Source: Hormiphora californensis (lineage: Eukaryota; Animalia; Ctenophora). From it: 64,000 nt of DNA. Under the pieces are notes generated by a model. That model worked only from the letters and a program-made list of their open reading frames with translations, was not told the DNA's origin and did not search any database. Positions 34,139-45,900 of the stretch are shown here, piece after piece; position 1 is the stretch's first letter, and the number at the start of each line of letters is the position of its first letter. The position numbers and the translations under genes were made by a program. The stretch is taken from NCBI GenBank assembly GCA_020137815.1, contig CM035351.1, positions 744,001 through 808,000 on the forward strand, written 5' to 3'.

Positions 34139-36395
34139 ATGGACGAGACAGAAGAAGATGTGTACTGTGTGTGTCGTGGCCCCTACTCCAAGCACCGCTT
34201 TATGATAGAGTGCTACTCCTGCAAGGAGTGGTTTCACGGTGATTGTGTGGGTGTTAGTGAGAGTGATGCTGATAACATAGAGGACTACTACTGCTCACAG
34301 TGCCAGGTCCATCATGGTCCACCCAAACTAAAGGGAGAGAAGCTCAGTCATGTTCCTGCCGGGTTCGAGGGCAGGTTGAAACATGCTATCGTGAGGAACT
34401 TCTATGAGTCCCTTGATACAGGCAGGTTCCTGAATTCTAACCACGTGGTAAGCTACTTGACATGTGGTGGAATATCCCCTGAGTTTGTATTCCAAACTGC
34501 TCTCCAGCGACCTGTATTATTGCAGTCAATAGAGGGCTCTGGGCTGGTAGTACCACCCATATCCTCAGCCAAACAGGTGGACCTTGGGTCCTGTCATGTT
34601 CTAGCAGTTCACGATGTGTTTGAAAACGAAGAAAAGATGTGTAAATTCTCATCCTGGACACATCATTTTGATAGGGGTAGCAGCAGCACTGTTTCCATTG
34701 TTGATAGAGTGGATATAGCGGGGAGCAAGCTAGCACGAGCTATGAAGCAACCCCGGTTTCTGAAGGAGTTTGATTTGTTAGAATCGTCCTGGCCAACAGA
34801 TCTTGATGAGGATGATTTCATGTTTGAGCGGCCCAAACCTGCCCTATTTCTCTCCATGGGGGATGCTGGTGCTTATTCAGATTTCCAGTTGGCCATGGCG
34901 GGTTCTGCTACCTGGCTATACAACGTGTTAGGATGCCGGACCTACTACCTCATCCCTCCCTCCCCTGACAACCTCAAACTGTTCGAGGAGCGATCGAAAG
35001 TATCAACTATTGACTATCGGTTCTTTGGGGATCTAGCTAGTGCTTGCTACAAGCTAAGTACTAGGGAGGGTGAGATGGTGTTGATACCCGCTGGTTGGAT
35101 ATACGCCTCTCACCTGACTACCAAGAGTATTGTTGTGTTTGGGGAATTCTCCAATATATTCTCCCTCACTACCCACATCCAGTGTCACGGTATGCAGAGG
35201 AGACTGAATATGTTGAACAATGCTAGGTGGAGTAGGTTTGAAGCGATGGTGTGGTGTGGAGCGGAGACCCTCCAACACTTCCTCTCAGACCGGTCATTCC
35301 CCCACTCTACCGTGGGTCTAGTGGCATCTGCTAAGGGGCTGGTGGCAGTACTCAGAAAGTGGATATCCAAGAAGGAAGAACATCTTCACGCTCAGGAGAT
35401 ACCTCCCCACATCAACCCAACCAAGCTGATCAACTCAATAACATCATCACTGGGCCGTGTTAACAGACAAAACAAATCAACTGGGGGGAGGGTGACACCT
35501 CTCAAGATATCAGTCAGATCACCATCCACACCTTCCCCTAAAACAACACGAACCCCAACACCCCCAATCCATCCCCCTCCTCCTAAACTCAGATCCATCC
35601 CTACACCACCACTAACAAGGTTCAGTTCATCTCCTCCTCCCCATCCCCCACCTAGTAGTATCGACCCACCGCATTACCCCTCATCAACTGGTGGTGGAGA
35701 GAAACTATCCATCAAGGTGAGGAGGTCCCTGCTACAGATGAGCGATGAGAGTGAAGGGAGCCCGTCACCTGAGAAAGAACCTATAAAACTCCGCCTACCC
35801 TAAACTAATTCTATCAGATATAACAAAAGATGAGCTACCTCCCCCTCCTCCTCCTGAACCTAATATTGCAGTAACACCTGATATTATACCACCAGCGACT
35901 CCTGATATAATCCCACCAGAGCACTCCCGACTATAATCCCACCAGAGCAGCTAACTGTAACTAAAAGTGGCAGAAAGCGGAGAAGACCCCGGTCCCTGGC
36001 TGGTTTTGTTGACTCCAGTAATTTCAGGCAGAACCTCTGTCAGGAAGAGGAGGAAGTGTTTCATCACTTTGTGGAAGAAAGACAACCCTTCGCCCCTGAA
36101 TGCCATGGATCCCCTATGTTGCGTGTCAAGCTGCCCGTACCCTCTACACCCCCAGTTACATTAAAAGTCCCTAGCTCTCTCACAACACCAGTCACCTTGA
36201 AGGTCCCCTACAAACCTCACAACACCAGTCACCTTGAAGGTCCCTACAACACCAGGTGGGGGCGGTATAATGACAACTCCAACCACGACCCCCTCCCGGA
36301 CCCCCATTACTACACCAAACCGGAAGGGACTGAAAACTCCTAAACAGAGACTTGGCAAACTTCTGAAAATAGACAAATCTTTTATAAGGAGATAG
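34139..36395 (+). CDS. KDM7/PHF2/PHF8-family PHD + degenerate JmjC protein (frameshifts after about 35800)
   Basis: VYCVCRGPY...FMIEC..CKEWFHGDCVGV PHD; JmjC-like domain; C-terminal TPKQRLGKLLKI motif typical of the family. Confidence 0.85.
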
Positions 36396-37051
36396 TATTG
36401 GAGAGACACAGGAGATATATTCTAGCCCTCCAATAGGGTGCGATAGTATTGGAGAAGAGACATGTGTAGTATTTGAGACACAGGAGACAGAGATAGTTAC
36501 ATGTGTGTATTAAAACACCGAGGGGGACCTAGTTGTATGTAAAATCATGTATAAAACCGTTATATTGGTCCCGTATTATACCGTATGTTATATACACGCT
36601 GTAAATTAAAAATATGCTACAAGTAATAATATATGAAGGGGCTGTTATAGAAGTCGCCAATAACTTTGCGGGGATGAAGGTATTTTATCACTAAACTTAA
36701 CAGATCGTTTTATCTTTCATTTTAAACTGTTTTAATGTTAAAATACACGATGGTGTGCTTACTGAATACCACTCCCACTATTATCCCACTCTTATCCCAC
36801 TATCCAAATTGATTCTCGTTACTGCCCAACTCCATACGTCTCTATCATCAGTATCTCTCTCTCTCTCTCTAAAGTCCCTCCATCTCTCTTTGATATGAAG
36901 TCTATCTATCACTCCCGCCCCCTCCCGATTACTCCTTTTTAGGATGTGCCTAATAGACGGACAGAACATTCTCTCTCCCTAATTAAAGTAACAAACTCCC
37001 TCCCTCTCTCTCTCCATAATTAAAATAACAAACTCTCTCACTCTCCCTAGG

Positions 37052-38722
37052 ATGTGTCTGATAGACGGACAGAATATTCTAGTTACTGGAGGAGGAGCAG
37101 GGATAGGACGTGCAGTGGCTCTAGCCCTAGCACGAGCACACGCTAACGTCTATGTTATAGGCCGTACCCAGACTAAACTAGACACCTTGGTAGAAGAATG
37201 CCCCTCCATCACAGTCAAGTGTCTAGATGTAACGGCAGGTGAGTAGAACTTCGCTCCCAGTAAAAGGCTGCAGTAAAAGGCTGCAGTAAAAGGCTGCAGT
37301 AAAAGGCTGCAGTAAAAGGCTGCAGTAAAAGGCTGCAGTAAAAGGCTGCAGTAAAAGGCTGCAGTAAAAGGCTGCAGAAAAAGGCTGCAGTAAAAGGCTG
37401 CAGTAAAAGGCTGCAGTAAAAGGCTGCAATAATGATGTAATAATTACGGTTTGCTGAAGACACTAAAAATAGACTCAGACAGTGATTATATGCAATGGGT
37501 TGTTATTAATTGAAAGTGCGTCTGAGTGATGTAGTACAGTAGTATACCTAATCTAGAGACTAAGAGTCATTGCAGGAGTGATTTTAGAATAATTTTATTT
37601 GTTTATTTGACATTTGGACAAAGTTGAAAACACTTAAATTTGAGAGAATGTAAATACAATTACGGGATAATAATACTGCAAGATCGAGCTTCTGCTAGAG
37701 CACCCCTATCAATCTCGGTCCATCAGCAGTGCTCGAAATATTTCAGTAGAGCCCTGTCAAAAGCATCAGATGACCAAGACTCATCTCTACTCGCCCTCGC
37801 CGTCCGTGAACAACGCACTCTCAACCTGGAGTGGTTTGACTTTTGGGACTCCACCCTAAGGATAGGCGGCAGACACCAACTTGAACATCAACATGTTCAC
37901 CACTGGGATGCACTGCGCAGCACCCAATCCAAACTCAGTTTCTTCAACACGATTAAACAAGAGTATGGATACTCCCAATACCTGGATCTACGAAGACAAG
38001 ACAGAACACACGTCGCCAAACTGAGACTCAGTGCTCACGACCTCCTTATCGAAACAGGTCGTTACACGGGTGACCTGCGCACATGCCGTTACTGTGTTGA
38101 CAGATCAAACGCCGTTACTCTCAACCAGCTACCTATGGCGGACCCTATCTTTGAGGATGAAACACACGCTCTATTTGACTGTCCCGAGTACGAGGAACTG
38201 AGAAAGAACACGCCAGAACTTCTCCAAATATCACTCAAATCCAAAAGCACATCACACATCTTCAATCCCGAACTGATCACACCACTCAACAAATTTCTGG
38301 CCGCATGTCGCACACATAGATCTGAAAGTCCTGGGCCCGGCTAACTGCCTCAGGGCGAAGAACCGGTTCCACTGATAAATCTTCATGTCCGGTGAAGAGT
38401 TGCAGCCCACGTTTATCTAACTCTACCTGCATGCTTGGGTGTGCGTGTGAGTGTGTGTGTGTACGCGTGTGTACGTGCGTGTGTGTGTGTGCGTGTGTGG
38501 GCTTGACCGGTATGTACTGTGTTAGTTGGTGATTTTTTTTTGTGTGCAATATTGCAGTCTCGTTAGAGTTTAGTGGGAGCGTTTTTTTTGGTGTTTTCGG
38601 GTGACTGTGAGTCCGAGTGGGCGTGTGTGTGTGCACGCGTGTGGGTGATTGTCTGCGTGTGTTGTGTGTCCGTTTTTTTTGCGTGTGTGCGGGGGTGTGA
38701 GTGTGTGCGAGCGTGTGTGAGT

Positions 38723-38759
<37 letters not shown>

Positions 38760-40407
38760 AGTGCGTATGTGTGCGAGTGTGTGTGTATATTCTTTTCTTC
38801 TTTTTTTTTAGTCCGAACGAGGTGGTACAATTATTTATTAATTCTCACTGTTTTTCGTTCCATTTATTTTAAACTAAACTAAACTAAACTAATATCAGCA
38901 CGCTTGGCTACTGTGGCCGCATGTTTAGAGATTTCAGTCCATGTTCCAGATAAAAACAGCTCCTCCATTGTATGTGGCGCCACGATCAGGACCTCCGCTG
39001 TAACTCTGAATTTCCTCCACTGTCCACTGTTGTACACCATGCCAGAGGAAGGAAGAGCGTCCTTGAGAGATTGCCCCATCCTCATCTGGGTCATTATCAG
39101 TTGGTACTTTTCAGTTATCTCCTCCGCCGATTTGGTAGTCCTCTTTCTGCCTCCTTTCCGCCTCCTGATAGGTCCAGATGGGCCAGGATGTTGGTCAGAT
39201 GGGCCAGGATGTTGGTCGAGTTCAAGGTCTAGGGGTAGGTGGTGCAGTGGAGGAGGTGGCGGAATGTAGTCCTCTTCTACAATGGTGTCCTCTTCGGGGT
39301 ATGGTGGTGGGGGAGGTAGGGGAGGTGTGGTAGGCGAGGAGTTGCAGGGGAGGTGTGGTAGAGGAGGAGTAGCAGGGGAGGAGTTGGATCCAGCAGGGTT
39401 TGGGTCCGGCAAGGGTTGGTCGTCCAGGTCTAGGATGGTAGGCTGTTGCTGCTCCGAGTCAGAGGACTGCTGCTGCGCCGTCTGTTTAGGAAGGTGATGG
39501 TCGCATAGGAACTTCTCGGTTAGGATCCTCTGTATGTTGCCCGGTAGATATGTTACAGTTTTCGACACCTCTCTGCAGGCACAGATGTCGAATCTTCTCA
39601 AGATAGTCAAGGGTGTTGCATCGTTCCGAGGACAGGCCTGGATCTGGTGCCTTCCTTCTCCACAGAGGTTGCAGATGTCCAGTAGAACTCTAGACTTGGG
39701 TATTCCGTGACGGACTGTCATTGTTGATTTATCATTTGGAGGTAGAGCAGGGATGGATTGTTCAGGAACGGGATGGTGGCTGCGTAACAAAGGCATAATC
39801 GGATGGGATACCTTGTGGACTTCAACTTCGGCTTATATACTCAAGTTCGACATGTGAAACCCGCGTTAATCGGTCCTACCCAGCTTGCCCGTAACCCGTG
39901 ACCCGAGACGTGACAAGTTACATGAGACGTAGTAGTAGTACGGTGTGATATAATCCGTTAATCGGTCCTACCCAGCTTACCCGTGACCCGAGACGTGACA
40001 AGCTACATGAGACGTAGTACTGTGTGATATAATCCGTTAATCGGTCCTACCCAGCTTGACCGTAACCCGAGACGTGACAAGCTACATGAGACGCAATAAC
40101 ATGTAATGAAAGATCCCACTGTATCCTCCCCTAATAGTGTTTCGTATCACGTATCCAACTAAACTAAAGCGGTAGAGAGACCGAATCACCCTCCCCTAAT
40201 GATAGTGATTCGTATCACGTATCACGTATCCAACTAAACTAAAGCGGTAGAGAGACCGAATCACCCTCCCCTAATGATAGTGATTCGTATCACGTATCAC
40301 GTATCCAACTAAACTAAAGCGGTAGAGAGACCGAATCACCCTCCCCTAATGATAGTGATTCGTATCACATATCACGTATCCAACTAGACTAAAGCGGTAG
40401 AGAGTCC

Positions 40408-40498
<91 letters not shown>

Positions 40499-41283
40499 GT
40501 TTACTGCAGCCTTTTACTGCAGCCTTTTACTGCAGCCTTTTACTGCAGCCTTTTACTGCAGCCTTTTACTGCAGCCTTTTACTGCAGCCTTTTACTGCAG
40601 CCTTTTACTGCAGCCTTTTACTGCAGCCTTTTACTGCAGCCTTTTACTGCAGCCTTTTACTGCAGCCTTTTACTGCAGCCTTTTTCTGCAGCCTTTTACT
40701 GGGAGCGAAGTTCTACTCACCTGCCGATGTAACCGACTATACGGGAGTGGCTGAGTATGTGGCAGGTCTACCTGGACTAGATGGTCTGGTGAATAACGCA
40801 GGTACAACTGTAATGGCCCCCTTCCTGGATCTCACACCCTCTGATTATGACACAGTGCTCAATACCAATCTCAAGGGGGCATACTTTGTAGCCCAGGCAG
40901 TAGCACGGAACATGGTTCAACACAGCAGGAAGGGTAGCATTGTAAATGTGTCTAGTCAGGCATCCCAAGTCGCACTCTCAGGGCACACTCTGTACGGGAT
41001 GTCCAAGGCAGGTCTGGATAATCTCACGAAAAACATGGCATTAGAATTAGGGCAGCATGGTATTAGAGTTAACAGTGTGAACCCCACCGTGGTCATGACG
41101 GACCTGGCTAGGGAACACTGGGGTAAACCCGAGAACGGGGCACCCATGTTGGCTAGGATTCCCTTGGGACGGTTCGCAGAGTTGGATGATGTCGTGGGTC
41201 CTGTTCTCTTTCTGTTGAGTGATCAGAGTGCTATGGTGAACGCTAGTTGCCTCCCTATTGAGGGAGGATTTCTAGCGACGTGA
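37052..41283 (+). CDS. DCXR: L-xylulose reductase-like SDR interrupted by a transposon (37052-37233 + 40734-41283)
   Basis: TGGGAGIG, LVNNAG, YGMSK, IRVNSVNPTVVMTD, RIPLGRFAE. Removing the insert and one TSD restores CLDVTDYTGVAEYV in frame. Confidence 0.9.
37680..38344 (+). mobile_element. 3' fragment of a non-LTR retrotransposon ORF2 (RTE-X-like Cys/His domain)
   Basis: KLRLSAHDLLIETGRY...CRYC...EDETHALFDCPEYEELR. Confidence 0.75.
38879..39796 (-). CDS. 305-aa cargo ORF: CCHC zinc knuckle, Pro-rich linker, basic patch, helical C-terminal domain
   Basis: CNLCGEGRHQIQAC = CX2CX4HX4C; RRRKGGRKR; TATATAAG about 40 nt upstream of the ATG. Confidence 0.55.
   Translation of the reverse strand: MPLLRSHHPVPEQSIPALPPNDKSTMTVRHGIPKSRVLLDICNLCGEGRHQIQACPRNDATPLTILRRFDICACREVSKTVTYLPGNIQRILTEKFLCDHHLPKQTAQQQSSDSEQQQPTILDLDDQPLPDPNPAGSNSSPATPPLPHLPCNSSPTTPPLPPPPPYPEEDTIVEEDYIPPPPPLHHLPLDLELDQHPGPSDQHPGPSGPIRRRKGGRKRTTKSAEEITEKYQLIMTQMRMGQSLKDALPSSGMVYNSGQWRKFRVTAEVLIVAPHTMEELFLSGTWTEISKHAATVAKRADISLV
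39860..40496. repeat. Internal tandem repeats (about 75-90 bp x3; 67 bp x4) and (GA)n
   Basis: Repeated CGTTAATCGGTCCTACCCAGCTT and ATCCAACTAAACTAAAGCGGTAGAGAG. Confidence 0.85.
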
Positions 41284-41602
41284 TCTAATGTGCCGAACAG
41301 TGTGAGTTACACAAGACCTGATCTAATCTCGGGTGTTTTATTTGTAGATTAAGTGAACTATTGAGGGTAATTCCTGTGTGTATATGTTGAAGTTGGGAGT
41401 TTTTTATTTGAGAGTTTAATTAATTTCACTGTCATTTTTCAATCTGCAGCCGTTTATTAATTAGTCCTTATCTCGCTTGATAAAGCGTGAAAGCCAAAGC
41501 TTGTCCTTTGGAATGTATTCCCAACTCCATTTAATTACCAACTCCATTATCATTACAAGTTACCATAACCCCATATTCCCCCTCTTATTATAGGACTGCA
41601 GG

Positions 41603-42697
41603 ATGGAAAGAGAGAGTCTAGTGATATGGCGGAGTCCTGTTCAGACCCTATACTACTGTACAATGCAGCTCGGATGTGAACTAATCCGAGCCATCAAGTT
41701 TGTTCTATCCAACATTGCAAGGTTCCTCCTCCTTCTGGTACTCTGTGGTTTGGTAGCAGCCTCATTCCATCTTGAGGGGCCCCACACCCCCTACACTGAG
41801 GTCCTGTCCTCCAAATTCAGCTGGTGTCTTTACTGGGTGGGTCTAGGTGTTCTATCTAGTGTGGGTCTGGGTACTGGTCTCCATACCTTCCTACTATACC
41901 TTGGACCCCATATAGCCAGTGTTACTATGGCTGCCTGGGAGTGTGGGAGTGTGGACTTCCCTGAACCTCCCTACCCTGAACAGATCACTTGTGGAACAGG
42001 ACCAGCTACCACTATCGATCTCTGGACTATTGTAACCAAGGTCCGGCTAGAAGCGTTCATGTGGGGTGCTGGTACTGCCCTAGGGGAGCTTCCTCCGTAT
42101 TTCATGGCCCGAGCTGCCCGGCTTAGTGGCCAGAAAGTTGAGGATGAGGATTTTAATGAGCTGGATGAGCTGAAAGGGAAGAATGATTTAGATATCTGGT
42201 CACGTGCCAAGCTGGCCATGCATACTCTGGTACAGAAGGCTGGGTTTATTGGCATTCTACTGTGTGCCAGTATTCCCAACCCTCTCTTTGATCTGGCTGG
42301 TCTGACTTGTGGTCACTTCCTAGTCCCCTTCACCACCTTCTTTGGAGCCACACTGATAGGGAAGGCAGTTGTCAAAATGCACATCCAGATGTTGTTTGTA
42401 GTCTTTATCTTCTCAAAACATCACCTTGAAGCCCTGGAGACCCTAATTTCCAGTATCCCAGAGATCGGTCCTGCAATTCATGCCCCATTTGTGGAATTCA
42501 TGGATAAACAGAAGGCAAAGTTGAGGAGTGGTGGAAAGCAGGGTGGTGGAGGTGGCTCAGAGAGTGTTCTGTCAAAGTGTTTTGAGGTGTTTGTTATAGG
42601 GATGATCCTGTATTTTGTAGTATCTCTTGTCAACTCTCTCGCTCAGCAGTACTATAAAGATAATGTGGAGGGACAGAAGGCTAAAAAGGCAAAGTGA
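41603..42697 (+). CDS. VMP1: Vacuole membrane protein 1, intronless
   Basis: WVGLGVLSSVGLGTGLHTFLLYLGPHIA, WGAGTALGELPPYFMARAARLSG, ASIPNPLFDLAG. Confidence 0.96.
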   Translation: MERESLVIWRSPVQTLYYCTMQLGCELIRAIKFVLSNIARFLLLLVLCGLVAASFHLEGPHTPYTEVLSSKFSWCLYWVGLGVLSSVGLGTGLHTFLLYLGPHIASVTMAAWECGSVDFPEPPYPEQITCGTGPATTIDLWTIVTKVRLEAFMWGAGTALGELPPYFMARAARLSGQKVEDEDFNELDELKGKNDLDIWSRAKLAMHTLVQKAGFIGILLCASIPNPLFDLAGLTCGHFLVPFTTFFGATLIGKAVVKMHIQMLFVVFIFSKHHLEALETLISSIPEIGPAIHAPFVEFMDKQKAKLRSGGKQGGGGGSESVLSKCFEVFVIGMILYFVVSLVNSLAQQYYKDNVEGQKAKKAK

Positions 42698-42980
42698 CTC
42701 AGAATTAAAGTTGTGTAGCTCAGGAAAGTGCTATATATTGACCTATTATCTATCTTTTTCTTTCTCGTTTTGTTTGGCAGTAATGATAATGAATCAGGGG
42801 TTGTCCCCTGTAATGTATGATGATAATGTTTGATTTCGGGTTTCTTTTTCAACGGATGATTAAGTATAATTAACCGATTATATGGCGTGCAGATAGATTT
42901 GTGTAGTTTCTCTCTCTGTGTGTGACCCCCAATATAATGATATAATCACCCTGTTATTATAGGTGTCACCTGTGGGTGAA

Positions 42981-45900
42981 ATGAAAAATGTGGAGCAGAT
43001 GGTTATTGGTACACACGAGAGCGGACGATCTATGTCGTTCAAGAAATTCGTGAAAGATATAGCAGACTCTAAAACAAAATATGTAAGTCATTAAAATCCA
43101 TTACTTTCCCTCTCTTTTCTCCTAAAATAGCCCTTAAACGCTCCCTCTCTGGAATTTCAGGAAGAATCACTAGTGATGGAGGGGGAGATCGAGACACTGA
43201 AACGGGACATCAAAGGTGGCTACGCTTCGAACGTAAGGAGCGCGCGCAGTTGCACATGTGTTGAAAGTAGTAGTTGTCAGCGTGGGAAGAGACACAACGC
43301 GCACTGGCAACACACTGCCCAAGTAGCTATCAGTGTCTGCTATGTTCAACTCACAATGTCAATGATGTTAGCTGCAGACCGCTATTGTGATATACCCTAC
43401 CCTTGTGTGTACTGTGTGTGTCCTCTGTGAATAGTACCAAGTCATTCGTCTCCATTTCTCTAACCAAGTTAAACACGACCCCCCCCCCCCTCTCCAGCTC
43501 CCTAACATGTCTCTCTCTCCCTAACATGTCTCCCTCCCCACAGTCGATACAGCACGAGAGACTAGTCAAGTTAATCTACATACACATGCTGGGATATGAC
43601 GCTACTTTTGGGGTCATTGAAACTATAAAGTTCGCACAACAATCAAGTCTCTTTTATAAACGTGTTGGTAGGTGTGCCACGTCGAGTCGCCTGACACTGT
43701 GAGTTGTAACTGCCCACGTGTTACACTGTGACACGTGGGCAGCTACACATGTCACTTTTACAAGTATAATAAGGGAATTTTAGCTAAATAAGGGCCGAAA
43801 CTAGGGAAAAATTTGTAACAAGCTAATTCCTTCACCAATTGGTCCCTATGGGTCCCTAGAATCACCAAAAAAAAATCACAAGAAATCCGCGATGGCGAAG
43901 TTGGGTTTTTGGACCACGCCCTTTTACCTGTATTTTCAGTCATATGGTCAAAAAATAAATTCTCTTAGAATAGGAGTAGAGAAGAAAATAAGGACACTAA
44001 ATTGTGTAGCGTCCTCGCATTAGTGGGGGTAGACGCCCATGAAAAGTCTCTATCTCATTTGGTTAATTAGATAATTGGATAATTAGATATGCGCATAGCC
44101 GTTTTTGGCCATATGGCTATAGCCACTTAGGAATGGTTTAGAGACTTTTCACTGGTGCCATTTTGTAGGCAATGGCCAAGTTATGGGGGGTCGACGTCGG
44201 ACTTTTAAGCTCTATCTCCAACCGTTTAGCCGTTATTTGGCTTTAAAGATGCTCAAAATCGGGCTTTTTACCGTTTTTTGCTCATTTTGAACGGTTGGAG
44301 ATAGAGCTTAAAAGTCCGACGTCGACCCCCCATAACTTGGCCATTGCCTACAAAATGGCACCAGTGAAAAGTCTCTAAACCATTCCTAAGTGGCTATAGC
44401 CATATGGCCAAAAACGGCTATGCGCATATCTAATTATCCAATTATCTAATTAACCAAATGAGATAGAGACTTTTCATGGGCGTCTACTAGGGTGTGCTAT
44501 TTCAAATTTTTTTCGACTAGGCCATTCAGTATCTAGCTAATGTGAAACTATGGACGATTCTCTATCACATCAGCAAAACAGAATCGAGATAGTGTTTGTC
44601 AGTTACGTTGGCATCGCGATTTAAAAAGTGTAGTTTTTAACCGAAAAATGGTAAAAACAGGGAAATATGTGTGGTTTTCACCAGTTTTTGACATGTTCTT
44701 GATATCAACTTTTTATGTTCAGGATCGTGTTCAGCACCTCGAAACTGACAAGAATTGATATGTATCATTAAATGATGCTAAAGTTCATTTTTGACCTAAA
44801 AATGTTCATTTTTGACAAAAAATGTTCATTTTTGACAAAAAATGTTCATTTTGGACATGTTCTTAAATTTTGAGAGCTTTTTCATGAACGGGATCGTGTT
44901 CCGCAGGCCAAAATTAGTCGATTACAACCGAAATTTGCTTTCCACCAAGAAAAAACTTAAAAAAATTAAAATTCGTCCCCACGATTCTGCAAGTTGGTAA
45001 AATTAGCAAGAAAAAAAAGGGAGAAAAAATTTTATTTTTGTTCATAAAGTGGATATCTGAAGACTCAAACTGAAAGTAACAGTTGTATAAGTTGTCACGA
45101 GACGATTTATATGTGTGTTTTGTTCGAAATCACGCCCTAAAACAGACTTTTTGAAATGAATATGCCCATATATGGGCATAGCTCGTGCCAACGTAATTGG
45201 GCCATGGTAGAGCCAAAACTTTGTGATAAAATGTTTTAGAATGATCGTAGGAGCTCATTTAACCCGATACCAAGTGAAATTTTGAATTAAATTAGGCATT
45301 TGAAAAAATAGCACACCCTAGCGTCTACCCCCACTAATGCGAGGACGCTACACACTTCAGTGTCTTTATTTTCTTCTCTACTCCTATTCTAAGAGAATTT
45401 ATTTTTTGACCATATGACTGAAAATACAGGTAAAAGGGCGTGGTCCAAAAACCCAACTTCGCCATCGCGGATTTCTTGTGATTTTTTTTTGGTGATTCTA
45501 GGGACCCATAGGGACCAATTGGTGAAGGAATTAGCTTGTTACAAATTTTTCCCTAGTTCAAAGCTAATATTCCCTAATTAGTAGTGAGATTCTACTCAGT
45601 GTCTAAACAAGTACTCCACACACTCATACCCTACATCACAAGTACCCCAAATAACAATGTTTTCAGGGTATTTAGTTGCGTCACTACTGTTGAACGCAGG
45701 GAAGCAGGAGGCGCTTCTTCTATGCTGCACCCTAACCAAGGTATAACTTGGTAGATCGGGTGGGGTTTGTTATGTTCTAACCAAGGTATAACTTGGTAGT
45801 TCGGGCGGGGTTTGTTATGTTCTAACCCATCTCGCGGAGGTGGTGTAGGTGGGGTTTAGTTATTAATCAGCCCTATATATTTTCTGAATTAACCCACCCT

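Larger units (their letters stand above)
37234..40725. mobile_element. 3492-bp non-autonomous DNA transposon with long modular TIRs
   Basis: TIR GGCAGGTGAGTAGAACTTCGCTCCCAG + (TAAAAGGCTGCAG)n at both ends; 8-bp TSD GATGTAAC (37226-37233, 40726-40733); no transposase recognised. Confidence 0.93.

Noticed and set aside
37215-37463. AAFYCSLLLQPFT-repeat ORFs
   Set aside because: Translations of the 13-bp TIR repeat.
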